Position numbers and translations under genes: made by a program
Origin: Camelus dromedarius
Lineage: Eukaryota
Assembly: GCF_036321535.1 (NCBI RefSeq)
Contig: NC_087437.1
Coordinates: forward strand, 87,918,001 to 87,982,000
DNA: 64,000 bases
Direction: 5' to 3'
Notes under the pieces: model-generated
What the model saw: the letters and a program-made list of their open reading frames with translations, nothing else
Told to the model about the DNA's origin: nothing
The model's database searches: none
In this document: piece by piece, positions 1-14,141 of the stretch
Layout of the letters: the number at the start of each line of letters is the position of its first letter
Numbering within the stretch: the stretch's first letter is position 1

Positions 1-2065
1 TGGGACATGTGCTTTCCAACTGACCAAGTCCCCATCATTTCCTATTGCCTAACACTTGGCCAACTTCACTAACCTGTTCACTGTCAGATCCTTTGGCATT
101 ATAGTTTGTAAATTGTGCCTTGTAAAGATTAATATGATACCTTATTCATCTTAGACGTTTAGTGTATATTTATTAACTGATGCATAGGAAGATTGTCATG
201 AATGAATGAACAACTGAATTTTTATATATGAGAATAAAAAATCCTATTTCCCCTAACTGTGGTCTCCCAAGCAACTAGATCCAACTATAATTCTCCATTT
301 CTCATTCTACTGTATATTTCTTATCAGATCCGTAGAGCCATTATGACCATTTTTGATAGTATCTACTCTTTGTTTATATTATTAGAAAACTTAACTGAGC
401 CAGTTTCTTTTTTAAATATAAATTTTCTTTTATTTTGAAATTATAACACTGGAATGAAGTGGTTTGTGGCTCAAACAACCTGCGTGGGAAAGAAAAATGG
501 AGTGCTCATCAATCAAATGAACAAACTCAAAGTCTGAGCCAGCTGCTCCAACTTCCCAGGACAAAACAAAGAACAGATTTTAAAAAGGGAGAAACAGTCC
601 TATCAAAATCAGGGTGCTGATGGCTGGCAGCTTTCCAGTAAAATTCAGTTTTCAAAGTTGCCACAATTATAGAATAATGTAGCACTTATTTTTAAAACCA
701 GTTAAAGCAGGAGTACCCTCTCCAGCCCTCATCCTGATTCTCATTAAAATATATGTATATTTTTACTATCCTGAGTGAGAGATGTATCAGGAGTGTTACA
801 AGTGGCCCTTCAACCCCTAAAGGGAATGTGATGACTGGACTTAAGAGCCCTCAGCACACATAAAGCCTTGGTTCTCGGTGGGGGTGACTGAAGTCATCTG
901 GTTGGGAGGGGAAAGGGTGAGAAGCACAGGTGGGACTTACAGCAGGAGTGGGGTTGGTGTGAGGCAAGCGAGGGACAGGCAGAAAGCCGCACCTGTCAGA
1001 ATACTGCATTATCTTAAATACGTGAAGAAAATTGCCAATGAGTGAAACCTACTTACAGAGGTAAAAAGAGAAAAGAGAAATTAAAGCAATCCAGTGATCA
1101 CTGGAAAATCTCTCTTTTTTTATTCTTGGAAAGTAATCCAAAATTTTAAGGTAATTTTTTTTCCTTTGAAAAAAGAGATTATTCCCTCCACACAACCCTC
1201 CACCCTTAGCAAGTGGAGTTGCCACTGCTAATTTGTCTCTGTTGTTAATCTGCTAAGGGGTAGATCAAATAAAAGTGAAATGAGGCTTCTATGGGGAGGC
1301 CCATTAGAGGCTGGGGAGGGGCTGGGCTCGCCCAATGGAACTGCTCAACTGCAAAGATGCCTGAGCAAGTCTAGAGGACCTGGCTCTCAGACTCTCAGGA
1401 CAAAGTCCTGCTCCTCTTCTTCTAGAGCCAGTTGTCCCTTGAAAACTGAGAAGAGGATACAATGGAGCTGGGGCATCTCAAGGAAACCCTGTTGAAGAGG
1501 TCTTAGCTCCGGCCTCCTCAGGCCTCTTGACTGTAGGTGAGTGGTGAGCTCCAGGCCAAACCCCAGATTTTACCTCCAGCCAGTCCCCCCTGGTAGAAGG
1601 GCAGAGGCAATTCCATTTCTCACTCTCTGGTCCAGCAAAGCTATAGTACATGAGAGATGGACAAGGTGGAGGGGAAAGGGTGAGACACAGGACCCCAGGG
1701 CAAGGAAGGTAGAAAGGGGGTACTTAAAGGCCAGCCCTTCTACCACAACTGTTATGAGTGAGGGATCCTGGCACGTTGGCTTATTCCCTAAGGACAAACC
1801 TTTTGTGGCACAAGCCTCCACTTATTTCTCCTCCTGGCTGGGATTCACACCCCTACACCAAGTTCCTGCCCTTGGTTCTAATCTTATTGTAAGGACTGAG
1901 GTAGTTATTTCATTTAATACCAGTAGCATCTGTCACCTGTGGTTACTAAAAACATCTGCTCCCAAGAGCTTCCTGTTATTACATTTAAGAGGGAAAAAAA
2001 AATCTTTCTTTTGTCTTACCAGTTTAGATTCAACCATATTAAGGTACCAGTAATGGCACCACCAA

Positions 2066-2168
2066 ACTGTGCCCCAAGTTGGTGCTTAGGGCCCAGGGTC
2101 AGGGTGTTTGCCATCAGACTGTGCCCCAAGTTGGGGCTCAGGGCCCAGGGTCAGGGTTTTTTCCCTCA
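2066..2168. repeat. Two-copy tandem duplication, 52-bp period
   Basis: actgtgccccaagttggtgcttagggcccagggtcagggt at 2066 and actgtgccccaagttggggctcagggcccagggtcagggt at 2118. Confidence 0.9.
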
Positions 2169-3324
2169 CACTCCAAATTCACCTTTAGTCATCAGGCTTC
2201 CTCCTTCTCCCATGGCATATAAAGAAGCCTTCTGAACCCAAAAGAAAGAATCTGAAGTTTTCAGCTGATGTTACTCTAAGTCTAAATATAAGAGAAATGT
2301 TCTGCATCACGATATTTGGAAGAGAAATAGTTTTATGTCCCCTGGCATTGATGCAGATTTTTTTTCAATCTTCCTACAATTACTGTGTCAGGCTGTGCTG
2401 TTTTCCATCTACCAGTTGTCAACAAACATGCAAACAGTTTCATGGCTTCAGTGTCAGTGCCACTAGGTTCTCCCCACAAACACTTTAGGGGAAAGAAAGG
2501 ATGAGAGGTGGGAGGAAGGGCGCCAGCTCCTCCTGTGAATCAGAAAGCTCAGGAGGTCCCTCTGGGGCTCTGTGAGGTATGCATAAAGCACGGCTGGTTC
2601 CCAGTTTGGTGGTGATATATCTGGGGTGGGAGGAGGGAAGGGTACCCTTGAGAGCTAACTGATGCCTCTCCTCACTGGACAGGATCATTTTTACTATTAG
2701 AGCAGAATCTTGCTGGTGAGACTACACATGAATACCATTTTCTCAGACAAGCTACTATGGCAATCCTCAGATTGCCTTTACTGTCGGTTACCCAAACATG
2801 TGTTTGAAATTACTATTTCATTCCTTGGGGATAGGACAAATTGTTCACTGTAGATTAGATGCTTAAAACACATTTGTTTTACCTGAGTCACATCTTTATG
2901 GAAACCTTCCCAGGATTGAATTTGCAAGAATCCATGACTGGCATTTATCATAGTTATTAAGCATAATGAAATCCAAACCAATACAAGTTCATCCACTGTA
3001 TCAGCCTCAAGGGCTCCATTTCATATTCTGAAGGTCCAGGCTGTGAGTACTGCTTGTAGCTGTGAACCCGTTATTACTGGTTAGTGATTCCAGTTTGAGA
3101 GAAGTCGGTTTACTTTATTTCAAAGCCATTTTCAGTCCGGTTGATCATTTTCTGCTTCATTTAAATAAAATCTCTTCAAAACCATTTAACTTTAAATCTT
3201 TAAAGATTTTATTTTCAAGAAAAGAAAATGGTAATAATATAGTTGATAAAATTATTGTTATTCTAAAGCTGATTATTAAAGAATAATACTTCAGAAGAGG
3301 GAATTGGATGAAGGCAGTCAAAAA

Positions 3325-3490
3325 GCATATCAAGTGGTGGAGTGCATGCTTAGCATGCACAAGGTCCTGGGTTCAATCCTCAGGACCTCCTCTAAAGAAA
3401 AAAATAAATAAACCTAATTACCTCCCCTACCAAAAAGTAAATAAATAAAATAATAAAATAATTTTTAAAATAAAAAAATACAATAAATTT
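3325..3490 (+). mobile_element. tRNA-Ala-derived camelid SINE (vic-1-like), long form
   Basis: tggtggagtgcatgcttagcatgcacaaggtcctgggttcaatcc (B box), then aaacctaattacctcccc and an A-rich tail. Confidence 0.8.
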
Positions 3491-3496
3491 TTTTTA

Positions 3497-3795
3497 AAAG
3501 TATGAACTTTCAGTTATAAGACAAATAATTACTAGGGATGCAATGTAAAACATAATGATTATAGTTAACACTGCTGTATGTCATATTTGAAAGTTGTTAA
3601 GAGGTCCTAAGAATTCTCATCAGAAGGAAAAAACTTTTTTTTTCTTTTTGTTTTTTGTATCTATATGACATGATGGATGTTAACTAAACTTCCTGTGGTA
3701 ATCATTTCACAATATATGTAAGTCAAGTCATATGCTGTACACTTTAAACTTATACAGTGCTATATGTGAACTATATCTCAATAAAACTGGAGGGG
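3497..3795 (+). mobile_element. Old L1 (L1MC-like) 3' end fragment
   Basis: ctttcagttataag...gctgtacactttaaacttatacagtgctatatgtgaactatatctcaataaaactgg is typical of an L1M 3' UTR terminus. Confidence 0.75.
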
Positions 3796-3883
3796 GCAGA
3801 TTATACTTCCCTATTTAGGCATAATCCTATAAAGAAAAGGAAACCTAAAATCTGAGCTAGGCCAATACTAGGTATGCTCTAAA

Positions 3884-4079
3884 GCAAGGTTTCCCAGCAG
3901 CAGCAGCATCAACATCTTTCTTGTGAGGGGCTATCTTGTGCATTGTACATTATTAGCAGCTGGCCTCTGCTCATTGGATGCCAGTAACACCCACTGCCCA
4001 GTAAAACAACTTGAAACATCTCCAGAGATTAGCAGATGTCCCTGAGGGGTCAAAAGCACCCACAATGAAGAACCCTGTT
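3884..4079. mobile_element. hAT-Charlie MITE (MER3/MER20-like)
   Basis: Degenerate CAG(T/G)GGTT...AACCCTG ends; internal ggatgccagtaacacc...catctccaga...gatgtccctg motifs. Confidence 0.65.
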
Positions 4080-5671
4080 TAAAGAAAAAACTAAGATTAC
4101 TTCATAGAATTCAGATCATCTGCATGAACAATGTCCTACATAAAAGGTTATTCTGCAATAATTCTAGAGAAGACATTTCCCAAGAGGTTCCAACCTCTGT
4201 CTAATCTGGATGGCTCCTCCCAAGTCCAACTTCATCTGCCACTGATTCTAATGGTTTGAACAGACTCTAGGAAGATGATGTAGTTCGAGAACCCCGCCTC
4301 CAGGGTAGTTAGAGAACATTGACCTAGATACATGCACTCATTTCTTCTGATGAAAGCTATTCCCCAGATCAGAAGTTGTTCTTACACTTTTGTGTCAATG
4401 GGCAAGAAAGTGTGCATTCATTATGTGAGCTAAAGCTGGGTACTGCATTATGAATCTTTTCATTCATCACACAGATATAGGAGTTCACAGTGTTTTTTTT
4501 TAGGTGCCCTGCACTGTACAATGTGCTAACAACAAACAACAGAAAAATTGTCAGATATTGTCACTGCTTTCAAGGAGCTGATAATCAGCTAATGAGCTAT
4601 TCTAGTCTGGTTTCCTTTCAGCATCTCTCTTGCTAACCTCCACCCACCACTGCACTTCTTTGGTAGATCCTGGACTCACACAGTGGGAAATATATATATT
4701 CCTGTGGCAGTTGTCTGTTTATTTTGAAAGGTGGGGTTTATTTTTCTGACATCTCAATCCTGCTGGAATTAACCCCACAGTCCCTTAATCTCATTGAGCT
4801 ATCCTGACTATGCACTTATTGCAATTCTCCCTACCACTAAAGTGTCATTACCTCACTTTGTACAGTCTTTTGGTTTATGTTCTTGTGAAACTGTTAAAAT
4901 AGAGAGCAAATTTAAAAATACAAAAAAAAAAAAGGAGATGTTCATGATAATCAGAATCCACCTTTAGATTGTAAGTTCATGTGTTGAATAGTTTAATATT
5001 AGTAGCTACCTGGAGTACATATTTCATTCTCTGGCCAAATGAAATATGGGTTCCATTTCTGGCATGTGCAGAATACAATGAGAACACAGAAGAGGGAGTC
5101 CTTATCTCTGCAGGAGATGTGAGGGACAGTCTTCTAAAACACATGGCCTTTCATGAAGTTGCAAGTCTCTATGTGTGACTGGAGAACATTCCAAGCAGAA
5201 GTTACAAAAAATTCCAGCACGTTCAAGCAGTAATTCAAGGCTTGTGGGTTGGATTTGGGGGCAGATTGAGAATATTGTGGAAAAGGGCCAGAAAATTAGA
5301 ATTAAAAAGGAGGAACCCAGATTTTTTTTTAAATTCCTCACTCAGGCAGCAAAGAATGAACTGAAGAGATAATTTTCTTTTTTTTTTTAATGATCATGTT
5401 ATCACTTTCTTAAAGAGAATCCACCTGGCAGGATATTGCAAAGGACTCAGAAATTGAAGATCAGAATTTCAACAGCATCTAAATTGATATAATTTCTCAT
5501 TTACATATAAAAGAGATAACACAAAACCTACTCTAATAGCAAGAACTAAGTGTGAAGGTGGTGCTATTTACAAACATGATGAAGATGGTAGATAACATTT
5601 TAATTCTTACTATATGCCATCTCTGATTCTAAGCACTTTACTCTCAGCGCTACTAACCCATCTCATCCTTC

Positions 5672-6159
5672 TGTGGAAAATTGCAGAAATACCACAAATT
5701 CCACCCATTCCTGAATGTGTTCTCTGTGATGTGAATTTCCACTCCTCTTGTCAAGGGGTGGAGTCTGTCTTTCCACTCCTTTAATCTGGGCTTGACCATG
5801 TGACTTGCTTTAGGCAAAAGGCATTAGCAAACATGATGCAAGCAGAGGCTTAAAAACGGACTTGTTCTCTTTTGCTGCCCTGAGAACAACATATGAAGAA
5901 GCCTGGGTTGGCCTGTAGGATAATGAGACATACTGCTCATCTGGCAGATATCTGATGAGGTGAGACCTCCTTAGACCAATTAGTCTGCCAACCACCAACA
6001 TTTAAATAAAACCAATCTAAACCATTCCTCTTCAGTCAAGCCTCTCCAGATGCAAAGAACCTCCTAGCCAATCCATAGAGTTATAGAAATAATAAATGAT
6101 TATTGTATTTAGCCACTAAGTTTTGGGTAGTTGGTTACACAGCAGAAGCTTACTGTTAA
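5672..6159 (+). mobile_element. MaLR MLT1-type solo LTR
   Basis: ggagtctgtctttccactcctttaatctgggcttgaccatgtgacttgcttt and terminal tttagccactaagttttggg...gttacacagcag. Confidence 0.75.
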
Positions 6160-6164
6160 ACCCC

Positions 6165-6295
6165 ACCATGATCCTAGGAGATGGGTACTAATATTATTGC
6201 CATGTAGGGAAAAGTTGAGACATATAAAGACTAAGTAACTTGCCCATGGTTATAGAGCTAACAAATAATGAAGACCAGAATTTGATCCCAGGCTT
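6165..6295 (-). mobile_element. MIR fragment
   Basis: Core aaagttgagac...taagtaacttgcccatggttatagagcta...gaatttgatcccagg. Confidence 0.65.
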
Positions 6296-9200
6296 TAGAT
6301 TGATGTATATTTTTTTGTGTGTTTGATCAGCCTAGCTAGACGAAATCTGCATAGTGTTTTCTTGATTAAAGAAACTACAATTTTTCTATTACTTTAAAAG
6401 AAAATGGAGGTGGGGGAGACATACAAGAACAAGAAGTCCTGGGAAAAATAATGCACCAGGTTTGTCAAGGAATACATAAGTTAAAGAGAAGAATGATAAC
6501 TGTATTGCAGCAGTTGTCAAAAATGGTAACTCACAGCCTATCAGTCAACTACAAGGCTCAGTAGTGTGCAGGGTCTTCTAGGTGGACTGTGCCAGTCCAT
6601 GGACCCTTTAACATGTACAATATAACAATCTGGCATGGATGTATTCATTGTAGACCTCCATGAAATGTTACCAGAATGCTTCACAGTTTTTCATCTTCAC
6701 TCTCTCTCTTAGTTGGTCTTGGCAGGTGAGAGGGATTTATTACCATGCCACAGTCCCTAGACCCAAAGTGTCTGAGATCCACTGCAACCAAGCATACAGC
6801 AAAAGATCTCCCCCAAACCCAAACCTGCCAGAATAGGAAACAAGAAGTTCCATGATAATTAAAAAGATAGCAGTAGGTACTACAGAGAATTCAGTTATAC
6901 TGTAAAGGTAAAAAAGGAGCAAATTTTGATTTATTGAGCTCTAATTCCATTGAGGGTTTCTGTTGACTCCAGCTTCACACTTGTGGTTACAGTATTCCCA
7001 GAATCCCTCAACAGAGTGAGTTCCTGAAATGCACAGCTGCCTCTTATTTATTTTATTAACTTTACACAAAAACCATGGGAGCACAGCTTTTATGGTATTT
7101 GACTGTGATTGGCTTTGTCTTTTCAAGTTTGGGGTGGGAGGGGAAAACAAACATAAAATACAATGAGAACACCATTTAAAAACTAAAACTTTCAAAGGAG
7201 TGATAAGTAGAAAGACTTTTTCCTTGAGGTTATAATTTAGCAGTGAAATTTCCTCAAATTAGTATATGATAATTGATTATATTTCAAAACAGATCAAAAC
7301 CCAGATTTTATACCGTGAAGGACAGTTATGCAATATGCAAACACCTACTCAAAGAGACAGGAAAATTGTTGAACTTCTTGGTTATAACCTTCTTATTAAT
7401 ACAGAGTAAGGAATTTAATTTGTTATAGAATCTATTGTGATCCACTCTTAATTTTTTTCAAGTGTCTAGTTTACATCTAAAAAGATTCTTTGAGGTAATC
7501 ATCATTATTTTAAAAAGTCACTGCAAAGACTATAAAACATAAAATATTAGAGTCTGATCCCAGACTCTGGAGCTAAAATAGTACACTGGAATGGAAAAAT
7601 CAGTTCATTGAGAAGAAAAACTGAAGTTAAAAATATATGACTATTCACTAAACTAATGATACTTTTTTATAGTGTTGGGATAAATTTGCATCTTTTAATA
7701 TATTCTTAAAGAAGCTCTTTGGATGAGTTCTCTAACCATTCAATATAATTATAAAATAATTAGTGCAAATAAACCATGATATAGTGCTAATGCCGAAGTA
7801 TTTTCTTACTTAACTGAACAAAGGTATAATCAGAAATTCTTCAGAAAGTCCAGCATATGGAGCTTATAGCTTTTCAATTATGTCAACATCTATTAGTTAA
7901 ATAGAAATCACAAATCTTCTCTAAGGAAGTGAGCCCAGATGCCTACAATTAATATTTCTCAGTCCCATGGAAGATACTATAACTTAATTCCCAATGTCTT
8001 TACTTTCAAGGGCTAAAAACTCACAAATTATGTCATTAGAAATCGCAATGGCTAACTAGAACTTTGTTGTAATGTATTTTTGTTAGCTGAAGCTAATTGG
8101 AGCCAAATGAGTAGAGCGATGTTGTAAGGGCATGAAGAGAAATCCTGGGTCTTTAGGAACTGAAATAAATGAGGGTAATCAGCAGTGTATGCAGAATACA
8201 CTGTGTTCAATTAATATAAATAGGATGGCAGTCAGCTGGGAAGTGCCACAGATCATGATGGGTTCTGGTGGGCAGCAGATGTCTTATTATGCTGTATAAA
8301 CACAAACAACATGCCAGACTGAACCAGATCAGATAACGAGGAATCAGGGAACCAGGAGCTTAAATGGAGGTTGTTGCAAATTTCTCCGGTGCAATTTTAT
8401 AGAGCACTGTCTCATCTAGATTGTCAATTTGTGTGTGTTGGGTGGTAGGAGGAAGGTAGGATGCACAGAAGTTCTCTGCTCAAAGATGAAAAATGTAGCT
8501 CAAGCAAAATAAAGCTATTACTATAGTCTAACTATGACAATAGTTATTTTCACCCACATACCTATATGAGAAGCATAAGAATTATTTTAATCTTCTGTTT
8601 GATTTTTACAATAAATTTTGATCTAAAAAGTAATTTCTGGAAGGATATATTGGTATATTGATATTCATTTCTTAGGGGTAAAAGTTACAGCTTGAGCTTC
8701 ATTAGCATAGTTTCTTCAGGAAGTGTTTCTTTTTATAATGGACATGTTTGATGAGTTCCCCTTGCAAAATGAAATAATAGTAAACTCATAATTTGAAGCT
8801 GTTTTGAGCACAGCACATCTAAATTTGTCACACTTACTTTGGAATTAAGATTTTTTTCTCCCATTTTAAATATTCTGTCTTAGAGATGCCAACCCTGTTG
8901 ACATCATGAAGCAGGTACATATTAGGTATGTATGTTTTCCAACAGCCACTAAAGTAAAACACTGAAATTTCAAACAAGTTCATATTGTTTTCAAGCCATT
9001 GTACAATGAAGGTCTTGGATTCACCATCAACTCTGTGACTTCATGGTTGAGTGTCAGCCTCTCTGGGTTTCAGTTTACTTGCCGTAAGATAAGGGACAGG
9101 TTTGGATAACCTTTAAGGTTTTTCCAGCTCTTAGAGTCTGTGCAAACTGAGAACCAGTCAAACCATATGAAACCACTAATAATTGAGGCAGAATGGTCTT

Positions 9201-9721
9201 TTTTTATTGTAATCTTTATAGCTAAGAATATTTCTGAGGCTTCTGAAGTTAGAAACATGAGTCATTACAGGAAGTCATGTAGGAGTCACAGAGCGAGCCA
9301 GATTATATACAGTTCTTACAGAAAAAGTGTAAAACACAGGCAAAAAGGAAGAGGAAAATATAAACTAGCCATAGTCTTAACTCCAAAATAGTAACATTCT
9401 TAAGATTTTAGTGAGTAGAAGAGGGAAGGAGGGTGGAAGAGTGGTGGAGGAGATGGTGGGGGGAAGAAGAGACAGATGGTGAAGGTGATAAAGCTAATAA
9501 ATAAGTAGCTGGTGTAGATGTGGATATAGATATGGCATGTATAGACACAGATGATGTAAGAAGATACAGACAGAGCATACAGTTCTCACTTTTGAACTTG
9601 ATTTGACACTTAAAAATAAGTATTTTCTTAGGTTAGTAAATGTTTTTCAAAAGCAACAGGATTAAGGACTGGTAAACATATATGCTGTATACAGATATAT
9701 TCCATATGTATGAGTGTATAC

Positions 9722-9755
9722 GTGTGTGTGTGTGTGTGTATATATACACACACAT
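9722..9755. repeat. (GT)n-(AT)n-(AC)n microsatellite
   Basis: gtgtgtgtgtgtgtgtgtatatatacacacacat. Confidence 0.9.
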
Positions 9756-12019
9756 AGCCTTTTCTAATTTTATGGTAAATACCCTGTAGCTAAATTTTTA
9801 TATATATTCATAACTTTTAGGTTAAATTCCTAGACATAAAAAATAATTTGGGAATGCTATGTAAAATTTTGAGTTGACAGTTGATAAATCAAGCGTTAAT
9901 AAATACCTTATTAAGGAACTGAGGCACAATTGGGATAAAATTATGTCATCCCTAGTATAAAGGGAGGTGGGATGTGAGGAAGTCTCTTGTCCTGTAGATC
10001 AGAGGAGCTTCAGGATAGGCGTGCTGAGGTGTGAGGAGTCAGGACCACTTGGGACGTGCACTGATACAGGGCAAGAGCAGCCGTCCTCATTTAACTCATC
10101 ACCATTCAGTTCTGGTTGGAAGTGAGATAGGACAAGTAGAGTGAGGCAACAGAGACCCATCTTCAGGATCATTTTAGGAGTTCTTCATTTCCTTCCAAAG
10201 AAGAAAGTATATAAGATAACAGAAGCAAGAACTCTGCAAGAATAAAGGCAGGCCTTTCAATAAATTCACAAATGGGAACTACACTCTTGATTTTTAATTT
10301 TCAGGCTCCTTGCTCCCCATTATAAAAATGAATAGCTTCTCAAATACAGCTCCTGAGTTTAGTGTTTCATCTTTGGAGATGTCCATGACTTTCAAAGAGT
10401 TATTTCTCTGATATTTATTTTTCTGATTTTTAAATATCAAATATCAAGACATTTTCTGATCAGAAGGTCATCAGCTACGAGCATTTTGTATTGCAGCGTT
10501 GGGGACGGAAATGGAGAGGATACCACCACCTACAAGTGGCCAGGTGAGGGGTTCTGGTTTCTGGGGTTTACAGCCCATGTTGAGGGGCTCCTTCTCTCAC
10601 CTTCCTCCACTAGATATCCAGGGTCTCACCTTCACTTTATTAGACTAACAGCTATCCTTAGCAATTGCAGGGGAGGAGCATTGAAGGTGGGCAGTAAAAG
10701 GAAGTTCAGTTTTTCCTCCTGCCCCTCAAACTTTATCTAAATCCTGAGTCCTGTTTCTTTTGAAGCAAACACCAAAAGGTTAATTGTCCACATTGAAAGT
10801 CTGAGCCTCCTTTCCTGTGAGTAAGGCAGTGATGAATTTTAGTAGTAGCCAGGCTACCTCGGTAGCTCCATGCAAAACCATGTACATCATTATTCACAAG
10901 AAGGTGTATGCAAATTGGAAATATATTCGTGCAGGCCACCAAATCTGTCTGCAGAGGGATTCAGGGATGCTAGGTCTCCCAAAGCTGAGAAAAGCAGCAG
11001 CACTCTAAAGGAGTGTGGGGTGAGCCACTTTGTGAAGAAAAACAAGAGGAAAAAAGAAGCAGCTCATAGAGAAGATCAGCATTAAGAGACAGGAGAGCGA
11101 TAATCCAATGCATTACCTTATGCATGGGAGGGAGGGTGAGTAAGTGGACTGGGTCTAGTGGGATGGATGAATTTTTTAAGACCTTTGTTCTTCCACAGAA
11201 AGAGTTGTAATCACTGGCTCCAACTAGACTGGACTGGTGATACCTAAAGTGCTGGACATGTTTCTGAAGGAAGCCTCAGAGAAGTCACAGTAAGCAAAGG
11301 AAACCCCAGTAACCACACATTGAAAATAAAGAGCAGTGTAGCTGTGCGAGGACAGGGCAATGAGCAGAACACATTTGCAAAAGCCATGTGGCCAGTTTCT
11401 TCCCTGCAGCCCACCCGACTCAGGAAAGAGTTCCTTTTAATCAAGGGTGAAATTTGTAAGTACTTGTTATGGGACACAGGCGCTTTGAGACAACAGACTT
11501 CAGAGTGCTGTATTTCTTTCTTTTTTTTTTTTTCTTTTCTTTTATGTGTCTATATTAATTCTAAATACGGACTTCTAACGAAGCATTATACACAGCTGCC
11601 TTCCTGTAGAGAACTTCCAAGCCTGCTGAAGTGTCTGCTTTCTAGGAGAAGACTATTCTAGGTTTCTGAGACAGGACTGACATTTAAGAAGTGTTTTAGC
11701 CCTCCAAAAAATAACACACTGGGCCTTCATGTCAACAGATTTTTGGTCATAAAAACTGATGGAAACTCAGCATAATCAGAAAAGAAAACTAAACCTTTTT
11801 TTAAAATGCCTATATAATTTTATGAAATAAGGGACTTGAGTATGTGTAACAGTGAAAAGGAAACTAAACATCTTATGAGTTGTAACAGTGAATCTGTTAA
11901 GTAAGATGAGTAGTACAACCTAATGACTCAAAAAGGTAACAGTCGATGTCATCACCTAGGATTGCCAAGAGACAATGTGGCAAAAAAAAAAAAAAAAAAG
12001 AAACCTTTAGAATAATGAT

Positions 12020-13350
12020 GACTCTAAACAAGGGAATATTATATATCTCTGTGCACAGCTTTGTGCTACAAGTAATTGGAATCTCAACCTAAATAAGAGG
12101 TGATTTTTTGACTGCACCTCACATAAGAATTCTGCAGGTAGCACCATACCAAGATTGGTTAAATCAATAGCACAATGATGTCATCAAAAATCCAGGTTCT
12201 TTTCATTTGTCTTTTCCCATTGGCCAAAAATGACTGCTGAAGTTCCAGGGGTGACATGGGTTAACATTCAGAGGCAGAAAAATGAAGCATAAATTCATTG
12301 CTCTTTTGAGTGAAGACATGGTGTCCCAGAAACCCCCTGCAGCAGTCTGGACTTAATCAAAAGATAGAAATCACATAGTAGGTGAAACACAGGAAGGTTA
12401 ATACAAGAATTACTAACTGCAATAAAACAATAACTGTGAGATGTAAGGAACCTCTATATGAGACGTTAGGACTAAGGGAGAGTACTCGAGGAGTTGACCT
12501 TGCTGAAGAAGGCATGCTTCAGCCACAGGAGAGCAGGGAAGTTGGTTAGTTTAGTCAGACCTGCGCCCATCTGGGGTTGCTGATCAAATCACAGGCAGCC
12601 CTGCCCAGTGCAGGCTGGGGAGCAGGGGGTCTGACCCCCATGGTGTGGGTGTCCAGCAGGGGTCTGGGCTCCCTTGTATTGGGTGGGGGAAAGGGAGGTA
12701 ATGAAAATCTTCGAAGGGCAGGGTTGGCAGGGAGATAGATGCTTGCAGAGGGAGCTTTCTTCATGGATTCTCCCCCTCCCATGCCCCACCCTTTGGGTCC
12801 TAGGTAGCAGCTGCACGCAGATCAGATAGGTTATGGCCAGCCTGAGGCTACAAGGTCACAGAGAGATCCTGTCCTGGGCCTGTGGCCCGGGCAGGTCTCA
12901 CCCAATGTCCCCAAACCCGCAGCTCAGGTTGCAAATTGTAGAAGCCTCTTCCTCCAACAATATCTCTCCAGCGCCCTCTACTGGAAAAGCTTGACATTAT
13001 ACTCACTTTAAAGGGGAAACAGTTACAGGAATTCCATTATTTATCATAGAGCATATGTCCAAGGGTGCGTTCAGAGCTGAGAGGCAATAAATTCAGAACT
13101 GACACGGCCCCAGATGACTTCCCCTCGTATCTCCCTGGCCAGAAGTGCATGACATGCACGTGCCTAAACCAATAACTGGATGGAATTAATCACCATATTT
13201 GGCTTAGACTAATCAAGATTTAGCCCTCCTAGAGCTGAAAAGGAGCTTCCTTTCCAGAACACAAGACCCCCCCAAGGCCAGTCAGGGCTCTGCCCTCAGG
13301 AAGAAGATGGAGATTGGACTTGGGCAGACAACCAACAGTGTGTGCTACCC
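12020..13350. mobile_element. Old MLT1-like LTR interrupted by an ERVL-type LTR (about 12340-13105)
   Basis: Host reads through gtcccagaaacccc...cagatgacttcccctcgtatctccctggccagaa. The insert ends with ccagcgccctctactggaaaagcttgacatt...ctgagaggcaataaat...gacac, which resembles ERVL LTRs. Confidence 0.5.
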
Positions 13351-14027
13351 TGTGTCTTCTGTTTCAGTGGCTTGAAAATGCCTTCTGTGTCATGGTCAGG
13401 AAATGAATGGCAGAAACCTAGAGGCTATTTTCTCCTAAAAAATAAAAGAAAATGGTCTCTGAAACATAATAACAATAGAAAAGGCATCTGAAAGAAGAAC
13501 CAGAGAGCAGAATGTTTAAGTAGTTGAGTTAGAAGATTCTATAAAAGTTTTTCATAATGTGAAAATTACCCCTGTCTAGAAACTGAAGCCTTAGTCTAGG
13601 AAGGGAAGATGTTTATCTTTGATATGATAAAAGAATGAGAGAAAACTTCAAGTACCCATCAAAAAGAATTTTTTTTCTAATCCTCTCTTACAGGAGTCTC
13701 CAGAAACTATTTCATTACGCATCCACTATCGTCCTAGCCCTCTGCAGACCCTGGCTTTTCCTTGTATTACTTGCTCTCTTGTACAGTCATCTGGGTGCCT
13801 GTCTTGGGTGCCCTCATCTTCCTCTTCCATGCCCTGTTTCCTCCTTATTCACATTGACCACCTCATAGGTTTATAACCATACCTTCTGTCCCCCACTCAG
13901 AGGGAGTTTTACCAAAAGCATACTTGATGGCTAGGATGTTGTTGGTCACAATGTTATTATTCTAGAAATTGCATTTGCTTAATCTGAAACATAATTGAAA
14001 ACACTATTTGGTGAATAGTGTTCTTAC

Positions 14028-14141
14028 CTACAAAAAGAAGTAAATGTATGGGGTTACAGATATTGTATTCTATACATCATTTCATTTTTAAAAAGATATT
14101 TTAACTTCATATACTGTCACTTTCAATGGGATAAAGTCAAC
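14028..14141 (-). other. Candidate 114-nt exon with strong splice sites (no open frame)
   Basis: Acceptor aatttttcttttttgtag|G at 14142, donor TAG|GTAAGA at 14027. Confidence 0.4.

Noticed and set aside
1280..2235. ORFs of 71-170 aa near the window start
   Set aside because: No recognisable homology or splice context, and mostly non-ATG starts; expected by chance in a locally GC-richer stretch.
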